From contig CAWIIP010000002.1 in the NCBI GenBank assembly GCA_963836235.1, forward strand, positions 864,001-928,000: DNA of 64,000 bases, in the 5' to 3' direction. How positions within the stretch are numbered: the first letter of the stretch is position 1; the number at the start of each line of letters is the position of its first letter. Positions 47,813 through 56,991 of this stretch are shown here, one piece after another. The DNA is from an uncultured Pseudomonadota bacterium. Its GTDB lineage: Bacteria; Oederibacteriota; Muellerivitia; Muellerivitales; Muellerivitaceae. A program made the position numbers and the translations under genes. The notes under the pieces were generated by a model, which was given only the letters and a program-made list of their open reading frames with translations, did not search any database and was not told where the DNA came from.

Positions 47813-49860
47813 TCCTTTTCCTTCCGGTGCCTGTAGTTCCATTGCTGAAAACCACATCATCCGGTAAATTCGGGGAGTGTCACACTTTTCGACCGCCCTT
47901 TGAGGGCCTCAGACCGTCACAGTATTGGAGCGCCGTTTACACCGATCGGGGTTTTTGGTCCATAAGTTGTTAAAGTGCATAACAATGCTAGGTCTAATCA
48001 TTAAGGAAAGACCTGGATCAGCGACAAGTGTTTGAACTACTCGGTCCACATCTCCCCTTAAAATCAACCGCTCAACTGCATAATCGAATAAAACATGATG
48101 TGAATAAGTCAAAAAATCCGAATCTGGGGTCGCCGCAGGGGAAGACTGAAATTCAATAATTACCCCTGTGCTTAAAAGATCACCTAAAAATGTGCTCTCT
48201 GCCGGATTCGAAAAAAGTGACCTCTCAACTATAAGTTTCTTGTCCCCGATCATTCTTTCGCAGGCTTTTCGAAGGACTGCGGAACGAGCATCCCTTTGGT
48301 GGTCGTTTCTTTCGACCCGGTAATACCAGTATTTATCTAAAAGGTCGATTTGTGAGCTGACAGAAGAGATTTCTGAAATATCCGCCGAACCCTCTAACAG
48401 TTCGGCAACCAAATGCAAATTGAAAGGGTTTCTTAACAAGACTTTTAATTCACCAGTTGCATTCCTTACCACTTGATAAAGGTCGGTGGATTGGGCGTCT
48501 ATTTGAAGAAGTTCCGGATCGTCAAAACCAGAGATGGAAACATGACGATAACCGGAGAACTCTTGATCTTGAAATTCCGAGTTATTATCCGATTGCCTGC
48601 CGGTATCCCTAAAAAGTGCCTGTAGCGCCCGGCTGTGACGCAAATCATATTTCCGAATAGAAACGACAACACGCCAACGGGAATTTAAACCCATGAGAAG
48701 ACGAATTAAATCTCTGAAATTGCTAAAGGCGACATCATCTCGTATTGCATCGAGTGAGTCCAAAACGAAATAGGCTGGTTCTCCTCCAATCCAATTTTGG
48801 AACACGTCTAAAATTTCATGCTCTAGTTGCAGTTTTCCTTTTAATTCCGTTAAATCTTTTACGCTCAAAAAACCAGCGTTCAAAAAGACAACATCTTTTT
48901 GTCTTGCCAACAAATTACCGACAAAATCATGAAGAACACCACTTTTACCCGCCCCAGGCTCTCCAACCACAAGACAATCTCCGCCACCAGCAAAAGAATC
49001 CATAAAAGTTACAACAGACCTATTTATTTTGATTTGGGTTGATCCAACCTTCATCAATGAGTTAATGCCCAAACGTTGGATCGTCATTTGTGTTTGGTTC
49101 TTTAATTTTTGAATATCCGCATCAAAACTCGGAACCCATTTAAGATCGAACCCCAACTGTATTAAACGGGTTTGAATAAATCCTCGATTCCCCCCGGTTC
49201 GGGTAGAACCAAAGGTCAAACATAAATCGAGTAAAGCACTCCAAACCGCACCTGCCGCAGAAGAGGTTTTTAAAACAGCGGATGACAAAAGGTCTTTGGC
49301 AGAGGTTTCATCATTCCCCCCGCTCTCAACATTCAATGATTGGACATAAGCCAATTTTAAAATCCCTTTTAAATCCTCATTTGAGGGAGAAGAACCAATT
49401 AACTTTTGCCACGCCTCGTTTAAATGTTTTTTTAATTTTGTCAGCACTCCTTGTTCGTCAGCATTGACCGCCGTTGAATCTATTGTTTGTTCGGGAGTCA
49501 GCGTGCGAGCACGATTTAGAATATTGGATAACTCGTTTCTTATTTTCCCTGATGCTGTGGGCCCAACTGTCAAAATGAGTCTATCCTTTTCACCGAGCGG
49601 TCTCGGGTTTAAGACCTGGGCGCTGGCCTGTAATCGATGAGCATTAAATTGTTTAACAAATTGATGGATAACGGAGGCGAACTCGGATTCAGAACCTTCC
49701 TCCGCATCTAAAGACCTCTTAACTTGAATATAGATGCGGCCACCGGTAGCCTGGCCGACAAGAATATCATCGACAGATTGACCTGTTTCACACCCTAGGT
49801 AATTTAAAATTGTTGAATGGGGAAGATCGAAAAGAGGTGAGGCACTACTATCTGCCAGAA

Positions 49861-51218
49861 GGTCGCGTCAAGTTTCAGGGTGTAAAAGTTACGGGCGCCT
49901 AAATCAAGCAGCCTGACTTTTGACCTCCTTGCGACTGGTGTGGACTTTGATTCTGTTCCATCGTTCTTGTTGAGCCGTTGCCACTCCCCACAAAAGTTTC
50001 ACCAAAGTTCTTTCGTTCGTCATTCCGCCTACCGGTTTGAACCTCCGTCTCAATTCTCGGTTAAACCGCTCGATCAAGTTTGTACTCCTGAGTAGCATCC
50101 AATCTTTGTGGTCCTGTTGAAAGAAGACAGTGTACTTCTCAAAGTCTTTTTCAGTCATTGCCACCGCCTTAGGGTAGGCTTTTCCCCATTTGGCTTTGAG
50201 TTCACCCAAAGCTATTAGCGCCCGGTTCTTGCCGTCGGCCCAATAAACTTTCGTGAAGTCTTGTAGAAATTCTTTTTGGTCCTTGGCCGCTACCCTCACG
50301 CGGACGTTTCTCATCTTGTGAATGACACATAATTGGTGGGGAATCGACAGTTTTTCTTCCACCGCCGCCAGAATGCCTGCGTGGGCGTCCGATACCACCA
50401 GCTTCAAAACCTTTCGATCCAAGCCTCGTGAAAGCAGATCCTCCAACAAGGCACTCCAACTCTCTTTGCTCTCTGAGTCTCCCACCACAAAACCCAAGAA
50501 ATGGCGGTGCATTGTTCCATCCACCCCAATGGCCACCAAAAGGGCTTGGTTTTCATAGCTTCCCATGCATTTCAAGGAAACATACAAAGCGTCCAGGTAC
50601 AGGTATTGAATTCCTTCCGCCAAGGGCCGTTTTTCCCACGCAACCACCATTGGCTCCAGGTCTTGTGTCCATTGGCTGACCTGATTGGCCGTATGTTTGG
50701 TCCCGAACACCCCATTTAATTCCTCGGCCACCGATCGGGTTGAGGCACCTTTGATCCAAAACCTTCTTCCCAAATGAGCCATCAAATTCCCGGTCCCTTC
50801 CCGCAAAGCCTCAAGGGTACGGGGAATAAATCCACCCTCCCTCAAGACGGGCTTGTTCAACTTCAAGCGCCCAAAAGGCCCCGGCAAAACCATTTTCCGA
50901 AACCCATTGCGGTAAACCCCTTCGGATGGACAAGCCGCGGAAGACCTGCGGCCCAAAAACTCGTCCCGTTCTTCCTTCAAACGGGTATTTAAAGCATCTT
51001 CCAGCAAACCATTAATCTCTTGTTCAACCCAAACCCGAAGATCCCCAGCGTCCAATACAGCCTGAACTTGGGCTTTCACCTTTTCCTTTACCAGCACCTT
51101 CAACGACTGTTGTATATTCTTCATGGGCGTAACGACCTTTCACAAAAAGGGATATGGCGTCTTCAATCAACACCATGTTACGCCCGCTTCTGTTTACACC
51201 CTGGAATCATACGGAACC
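49861..51218 (-). mobile_element. IS256 family insertion sequence
   Basis: Imperfect TIRs GGT..CGT....TT.CAGGGTGTAAA; 8-bp TSD TGCCAGAA at 49853-49860 and 51219-51226. Confidence 0.95.
49904..51124 (-). CDS. IS256 family transposase
   Basis: YRNG, YLYLDA, VSDAHAG, QLCVIHKMRN, STNLIERFNRELRRR. Confidence 0.97.
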   Translation of the reverse strand: MKNIQQSLKVLVKEKVKAQVQAVLDAGDLRVWVEQEINGLLEDALNTRLKEERDEFLGRRSSAACPSEGVYRNGFRKMVLPGPFGRLKLNKPVLREGGFIPRTLEALREGTGNLMAHLGRRFWIKGASTRSVAEELNGVFGTKHTANQVSQWTQDLEPMVVAWEKRPLAEGIQYLYLDALYVSLKCMGSYENQALLVAIGVDGTMHRHFLGFVVGDSESKESWSALLEDLLSRGLDRKVLKLVVSDAHAGILAAVEEKLSIPHQLCVIHKMRNVRVRVAAKDQKEFLQDFTKVYWADGKNRALIALGELKAKWGKAYPKAVAMTEKDFEKYTVFFQQDHKDWMLLRSTNLIERFNRELRRRFKPVGGMTNERTLVKLLWGVATAQQERWNRIKVHTSRKEVKSQAA

Positions 51219-51334
51219 TGCCAGAATACGAGTTCCGTACCAAGCCGCTACACGAGCTTGGAAAGTAACTCCACCAGTAGCCGCTGATCCTCCACTTGAA
51301 GTCGCACTAGACAAGTCATTTCCTTTAACAATCC

Positions 51335-52738
51335 CTATTCAAAAGCCGCAAGAATACCTGACAGTTCAGAAGGATTGTTCTTGGCCGCAGATTGGTTAAT
51401 CATTGTTTTAATTTCTTCCGTCGTCGCCCGTTTATTGTTAGAGCCACGTCTTACAAAAAACATAAGTTTTTCTCTACTTTGATAAGGTTTGTCCTTCCCA
51501 ACCGAAATGTTTGCCATCACAATCCAATGCCCATCATATTGATGTAAAGTCACGGAGAATTCGGCCTGTTTGTCTGTGGCACTTCCAATAGCTTGTCTTA
51601 CAAAACCGCAATACTCTTCTAATTCCTTTTGTGCCGTCAATTTACCAGAAACAACACCTTTTTCGATTCCATCAACGGAACAGTTGTTGTTTACACCTAT
51701 TAAAATACGACCACCGCCCGTATTCAAAAAAGCCACCGTTGTTTCTACCAATTCCTCCAATTTGCTCTTGTCAGAATTTTTTATAAAAGGTTTGTATTCA
51801 ATTTGGAGCCCTTCACCAGACTCTAAAGCCTCCTTGATAATCTTTTTGTCTTCCAATTCAATATCTTTTTTTCCAAGAAACGGGAGGATATTTTTCTGTC
51901 CGACCTGCCAGTGAGAAATTTCTTGATGTAAATCATAAAGATTCTCTTCATCATCAACCAAATAGAAGTTAAATCCCGTAGCTTTTTCAGGAGCTTTAAT
52001 TTTTACTTTTTCCGAAGAGACTGTTTCCGAAAATTGAATTAAGTTCGTGTCTTGTTCCCAAACGCCTTTTAATCTCAATCCTTGGATTTCTTCTTTGAGA
52101 GATTGGATACCGATCGATATTCCATCCTCTAGATACTCCATTTCGTTAACCCAGGCTCTGCATTCCTGGAAAAAAAGGAGAACCGAACCAAACAAGCTGG
52201 AATTAGCATCAATATTTTGCAGGCCGGACCAATGACGTATTGCACTATGAACGCTGGGATAGACCGGAAGAGAAGAAGAAATAACTGGTTCATGCGATGC
52301 AAAATTCGGCCTGCTATTACAATCTCCCTGAAAATAATAAATGGGATTTTTTGAATGTCCATCCGTCTTGAACTCAAAATGCCCAATGCGATCACAACCA
52401 GTCGTTAGAATATCTTGATCCCCGATGCTGATTTTTCCGGTTTTCAATTGCTGTAAATAACTTTCAACTTGGTCAACTTCAATCCAATATTCTAAAAATT
52501 GAATTTTCTCATACTTTTGATTTTCTACCGGTTTCGGTTGTTTGGTTTTCAAAAATGTTTGGAACACACAAAGGCCGTTACGCCACAATTCCTCAGTTCC
52601 AACAGTGGTTTTTACTAAAACAACACGAACTCGAATTTTTGAATAAAATTTTTTATTGTCATCAATAACTTGATTTATTAGCGACCAAACTTCTTCGCCC
52701 GTCGAAAAGTGTTTGTAAGTGGAATCACTGGTTTTCAT
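51335..52738 (-). CDS. Schlafen/AlbA_2 domain protein with unknown N-terminal region
   Basis: C-terminal GEGLQIEYK, VAFLNTGGGRILIGVNN, KPY...FVRRGS. Confidence 0.85.
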   Translation of the reverse strand: MKTSDSTYKHFSTGEEVWSLINQVIDDNKKFYSKIRVRVVLVKTTVGTEELWRNGLCVFQTFLKTKQPKPVENQKYEKIQFLEYWIEVDQVESYLQQLKTGKISIGDQDILTTGCDRIGHFEFKTDGHSKNPIYYFQGDCNSRPNFASHEPVISSSLPVYPSVHSAIRHWSGLQNIDANSSLFGSVLLFFQECRAWVNEMEYLEDGISIGIQSLKEEIQGLRLKGVWEQDTNLIQFSETVSSEKVKIKAPEKATGFNFYLVDDEENLYDLHQEISHWQVGQKNILPFLGKKDIELEDKKIIKEALESGEGLQIEYKPFIKNSDKSKLEELVETTVAFLNTGGGRILIGVNNNCSVDGIEKGVVSGKLTAQKELEEYCGFVRQAIGSATDKQAEFSVTLHQYDGHWIVMANISVGKDKPYQSREKLMFFVRRGSNNKRATTEEIKTMINQSAAKNNPSELSGILAAFE

Positions 52739-52953
52739 GGAAAATAAAATTCCTTCAAAGACATTTAAATAACCATTCGCACTTGGTTCTTTAACATAAC
52801 TTGAATTTTTAATTAGATTATTTTATCACTTAAAAACTTTTAAACAAACTGAAGGCGAGTTTTCACTGAAAGAGCGTCTATTTTTTGTCTAAATTCTAAA
52901 TAAGGCCTTTAGGAATGGGGTTACCGCTTTTATATGTTACTGCACCTTACATA

Positions 52954-53795
52954 TTATTCTGTATAAACCACGTAACTGGAACATATAGAACACGGGCATT
53001 GAATTGGGCAAGGCTGCATTGGCGGTTGCGGAACTGGTGTAGGTGGTGGTGGTGACGGAGGCGACCACGGAGGGATTAACAAACCCAACGGATCAGTAAA
53101 TTCAATGGGATTATTATTCGCATACCAGTATAAATTTGAATCGCTTGAAGTTGTTGCTCCAAAGCCATGATTTTTAAATTGGTCAATCGGGTCTCTACTC
53201 AACCACCTGCCCTTTTCCGTGTCATAGGCTCGATAGTGGGTCAAATCCAGGCCGGTGGTCTTGTTGACGTAATAACCGGCATAGCCAAAATCCGCCGTCA
53301 CCGCTTGGCTTAAAACCGCCTGCCTGCCCCACGAGTCGTAATCGTAGCTAGCCTGCACATTCCCGCTGGAATCCGTCATCTCCCTTACGCTTCCAAGATT
53401 GTCTTTTGCGAAGTAATAATTTGTCCCGCTAATCTGTTCCCCTTGGTCGAAGAACTGATTCACTACCGTATGCCCCGTCACGTCCCTTTGTTGGCATAAC
53501 TTTTCCCCACACCACACGAACGTCTTAGCAGTCAGTACGGTAGAGCCGTGGCTTTCGGTAATTCCTACGCAACGGCTTTTCCCGTCATAGGTGAAAGTGA
53601 TGGTGTCCGTCATGGTGGGAGGTTGTGGGTTAAGAACGTTTATCTGTACGAGCCGGTTGGCCGCGTCCCACTGATAGGTATACTTGTTGTCTGACAATAA
53701 CGATCCATTCGCGTCGTATTGAAAAGGCGTCGTGTTCAAGACATGATTCTTTTGAGAAGCCACCGTCCCGTCGGGGGCCACTGCCAGAATGGTCA
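52954..53795 (-). pseudogene. Rhs/YD-repeat-associated core fragment (5'-truncated, degenerate C-terminal tip)
   Basis: YDANG, YQWDAANRL, DNLGSVR, YDYDSWG, RAYD...GRWLSRDP, NLY.Y..NNP....DPLG; begins at the 38-bp repeat. Confidence 0.88.
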
Positions 53796-53833
53796 AGTTG
53801 CACACTATCCTTTTTGCGACAGGCATGTGCAGG
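53796..53833. repeat. 38-bp junction repeat, copy 1
   Basis: AGTTGCACACTATCCTTTTTGCGACAGGCATGTGCAGG. Confidence 0.95.
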
Positions 53834-53900
53834 AGAAGGCCTCGCTGGTCAATGGATCAAGCCTGTTACGGTTAGTGGCATTCCAACGGGTTTTCACTTT

Positions 53901-53938
53901 AGTTGCACACTATCCTTTTTGCGACAGGCATGTGCAGG
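53901..53938. repeat. 38-bp junction repeat, copy 2
   Basis: Identical to copy 1. Confidence 0.95.
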
Positions 53939-54306
53939 ACAAAAATAAAAATAAAATACAGAATCAGGAATGAGACTAAAACACAAAATATAAGCCCTAA
54001 AACGAATCCAATTATCCAAACGAGAACATCTCAACCACTATGAATGGGCCAATTTGAATGTCGGAAAGAATAAATCATCATAGGCAATGTCAAAGAACCG
54101 ACAGCTAAGGGAAAAAACAAATTCATAACCTTGTTGAACCTAATTGTTTTTCGAACCTCATTAGGGTCTTGAACTACTTGGTTTGGTTGAAAAAAATTTT
54201 CATATTTGATGAGACCGTCTTTAAACCAGCCCAACATTTTTTCAAGACGAGGTGCCCAGCCGGCGAAATCGACAATAGCTAGAAAAAGTCCCAAAACTTC
54301 AAGCAT
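53939..54306 (-). pseudogene. Membrane protein remnant with in-frame TGA, cut by repeat copy 2
   Basis: MLEVLGLFLAIVDFAG...HSG*DVLVWIIGFVLGLIFCVLVSFLILYLFLF; hydrophobic frame continues past the stop into the repeat. Confidence 0.55.
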
Positions 54307-54534
54307 GACCCGTCCCCATTCTTTGTACCACTTGTCCGCGCCAGCCGAAAAGGATTTGAGCCGTCCAGCATCCGAAATAAAGAACCCATGAACAAACGAA
54401 CCGACATCCCCCGGAATAGAACGGGTCCCCGGATCAGACAAAGCAAAGCAAATAATGGAGACCCCCGACTTTTGTCACAATGCAAAAGTCTTATTTTTTG
54501 CTAGGTTTTAAAAGTTCCTAACAACAAAAAAGTT

Positions 54535-55191
54535 TTACTTACCGGGAGTTATCGAATCCACTTCGATCCCAATAAATAAAAGTTGGTTTTCCGTTTGGTC
54601 AGCCACTGGAACTTGATAAATTTTTTGTTCTTCCAATGCTTTTCGAATATCTTGGAAGTTAATTACGGCCACGCCAATTGGAGTCGGCTTCGGATTCATT
54701 AGGTTTTTCGAGTAGAGTGTTATTTTGAATCGAGTTCCGCCATCAAAAGGAACGTTTTGATAAGAAGGCAAATGAAAAATCGGAGTGTAAGTACGTTCCA
54801 ATTCTTTTTTTGTACTAACTAGTCTAGCTTGCAATTTTGAATCGTACTGGCCATTGATAGCAACTTCAACCATGCCATATGGGGCTGGTTTCCCAGAACC
54901 CGAAATTAAAGAACCACTCAACAACCCTACAATCCCCGTGTATGGGTTTGCCCCTAAAAGTAATTGTGCTAATTGGTTTGTTACTGAAGGATTAACCTTT
55001 CCTGTGCCACTCCAGTGGGAACCATCAACCTTGGATGGGCCAATGGTCGCATTCACAATTTGAACTGTTACAAATTTTGGCGGAATCTCCGCGGTTTGTT
55101 GGGCTGGAGTAGATATAGTTGTTATTGTTTGTGCCCTCAATATTCCGGAAGAAATCAGCGCAAATAACATAATTAAACTTAATTTTTTCAT
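54535..55191 (-). CDS. Secreted hypothetical protein
   Basis: AAAGGA RBS; signal peptide MKKLSLIMLFALISSGILRA; 218 aa. Confidence 0.75.
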   Translation of the reverse strand: MKKLSLIMLFALISSGILRAQTITTISTPAQQTAEIPPKFVTVQIVNATIGPSKVDGSHWSGTGKVNPSVTNQLAQLLLGANPYTGIVGLLSGSLISGSGKPAPYGMVEVAINGQYDSKLQARLVSTKKELERTYTPIFHLPSYQNVPFDGGTRFKITLYSKNLMNPKPTPIGVAVINFQDIRKALEEQKIYQVPVADQTENQLLFIGIEVDSITPGK

Positions 55192-55264
55192 TTTCTCAAT
55201 CCTTTCAAAATTCGACTATTACTATTAAAAGAAGGCTCATTGTAATCCATAACTGACAGCCGTC

Positions 55265-55302
55265 AGTTGCACACTATCCTTTTTGCGACAGGCATGTGCA
55301 GG
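55265..55302. repeat. 38-bp junction repeat, copy 3
   Basis: Identical to copies 1 and 2. Confidence 0.95.
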
Positions 55303-55840
55303 CAAATAATTGTCTCCAAACAAGTTCTCCAGTACCAGGAAGAAGATTATCCTGAGCACTAAAAGCTTTAGCCGCTACCCCCTCTGCGGAAATTGCCATC
55401 TGCGCTCCATCATCTTTCGATTTTAAAATTTGTATCGCTGCATCACCAACAATAGTTGTAGTCTCATTTATTCGTGAGGTTAAATCCCGAAAACGTTGGG
55501 CAGCTTGTTTTAATCCTCTTGCTTTAGATTTCGGGTCTATTTCCGATAAGATTAACTTTAATTGAGCATATTTCTTTTCCTCCATTTCAGAAATACGTCC
55601 AAGGGTTTCCACCGTCTTTGGGTCTGTATTAAATCCAAGAGTGCTAATTAAACTCCCAACTTGAGTATTTCCGATCAAATCACGATAAGGGGTGGCATCG
55701 GTATTAATACTATGAATTTCTTCGTCAAGTTTTTTAGTAAGGATTGGAATAACCTTTTGTCCTAAATCTTGAACTGTATCCAAACCATATGGTCTAAAAG
55801 TAGGTTCTCCTTCATCCAAATATGCTCGAGCACATCTACC
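55303..55840 (-). pseudogene. Internal fragment of a large coiled-coil AAA/ABC ATPase (AAA_13/RloC-like, tentative)
   Basis: RCARAYLD..FRPYGLD and LPGTG..W..LF segments recalled from island-borne AAA ATPases; no Walker A in the fragment; both ends truncated. Confidence 0.5.
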
Positions 55841-55891
55841 TTTTTTTAATCAGTTCAAATTAGATTCATCACACTTACTTAAAAGGTGCCT

Positions 55892-56953
55892 CTAACTACT
55901 GCTGCCGCTAACAGAAAGATTACACTGATTTGGCTCAGTAACAGTCCCACTAAAAGATTGATTGTTGTTACCAAAAGTTAAATTAACAGTGGCTGTCTCG
56001 CCGGTTGAATAAACATAACCAGTTAGTACTGCTGTAGTTCCTGATATGGTTCCAGTTAAAGTAATTGGAGATTCACCTGCGACAGACAAGTCAAAAGTAA
56101 GATTCGATCCGTTTTGACTTAGCGTGCCATTCCAAGCATAAGAAAGTCCAACCCCACAAACACAGGAAACCCCGCAAGTACCACCCGTAACAGTTACGTT
56201 CCCCGACCAAGTGCATCCCGGAACAGTAAAATCAGCCCCAAACTCTGCCCCACCAACCCCGCCAAAAATATAGGTTCCGCATCCTGTCAGTGACGAACTT
56301 GTATATGAACCCGAATAAAGTGTGCCCAAATAATTAAAGCTCACTTGGAAGCCATCACCGGGGCTGACGACCGGCAAGGTTTGGTTAAAGACACAGCTGG
56401 TTGACCCGCCATCCGCTATAAAACTTCCCAAAATAGTGGATGGATTACCCAGGTGGTTGAACACGATCGTAATCGGAACACCGATTAGGCAAGAGTTTGT
56501 TTCCCCGACCCCATAACTGATGGCCGCGTAAACTTGAAAATTCCAGTTTTTAAGACTGACATTTTGAAATACCGTAGTTAAATCACAGGTGGCCGTAGGT
56601 GTTACTGAAGAGACAACAGTATTCGTAAAGGTAGGTGTGTTTGTCGGGGTGGAAGAAAACGTATAAGTCGTCGATAAGGTATTAGTTGGCGAATAGGTTG
56701 GGGTCGGGGAAAAAGTATTAGTCGGTGTGTTAGTGATCGTAAACGTGTTCGTGAAAGTAAAAGTGAAGGTCGGCGTACAGGTAGGGGAAGTTCCCACGAA
56801 ACAAGCCTGGGTGGGGGTAAAAGACGGGGTGGCCGACCAGTAAATAGTTACTGGAGCGGGGGCGGTAGGAGTGGTGGTTTTGCCAGGGCAACCGACGATG
56901 AAAACTGATCCCAAAACCAAGAAACCCGCAAGGCAAAATAAACGTAGTTTCAA
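55892..56953 (-). CDS. Thr-rich lipoprotein with Cys-containing beta domains
   Basis: GGAG RBS, TTG start, lipobox IVGC-PGK..PTAP, TPT linker. Confidence 0.8.
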   Translation of the reverse strand: MKLRLFCLAGFLVLGSVFIVGCPGKTTTPTAPAPVTIYWSATPSFTPTQACFVGTSPTCTPTFTFTFTNTFTITNTPTNTFSPTPTYSPTNTLSTTYTFSSTPTNTPTFTNTVVSSVTPTATCDLTTVFQNVSLKNWNFQVYAAISYGVGETNSCLIGVPITIVFNHLGNPSTILGSFIADGGSTSCVFNQTLPVVSPGDGFQVSFNYLGTLYSGSYTSSSLTGCGTYIFGGVGGAEFGADFTVPGCTWSGNVTVTGGTCGVSCVCGVGLSYAWNGTLSQNGSNLTFDLSVAGESPITLTGTISGTTAVLTGYVYSTGETATVNLTFGNNNQSFSGTVTEPNQCNLSVSGSSS

Positions 56954-56991
56954 AAAGGCACTCCAATAAAAGATTCATTCAACATTTCGGA

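Larger units (their letters stand above)
45433..47941 (-). mobile_element. IS21 family insertion sequence
   Basis: TIRs TGTAAGCGCCGTTCCAATAGTGTGACGGT / TGTAAACGGCGCTCCAATACTGTGACGGT (25/29 match), internal repeats, istA-istB; no target duplication. Confidence 0.95.
47942..51314 (-). pseudogene. PD-(D/E)xK nuclease + STAND/NACHT-like ATPase (Avs/AVAST-like), interrupted by IS256 and truncated by IS21
   Basis: Removing IS256 and one TSD joins 51314-51219 (MSSATSSGGSAATGGVTFQARVAAWY..ILA) in frame to 49852 (DSS..VDDILV..IYIQVK); Walker A GEPGAGKS, Walker B FVLDSLD, LLRNPFNL, HHVLFDY. Confidence 0.85.

Noticed and set aside
53781-53789. CTGCCAGAA next to repeat copy 1 matches the IS256 target duplication
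   Set aside because: A 9-mer match is plausible by chance and no IS256 end is adjacent
54031-54033. Stop-codon reassignment suggested by in-frame TGA (and TAA at 62483)
   Set aside because: Intact genes in the window end normally at TGA and TAA; isolated nonsense mutations in a decaying island are simpler
53796-55302. Canonical CRISPR array (repeat contains GTTGCA, 37-38 bp, dyad symmetry)
   Set aside because: Only three copies, spacers of 67 and 1326 bp, no leader or cas genes in the window, and the repeats cut genes
53796-55302. Integron attC sites
   Set aside because: No RYYYAAC...GTTRRRY ends, copies are identical and short, and the intervening DNA is not whole-gene cassettes
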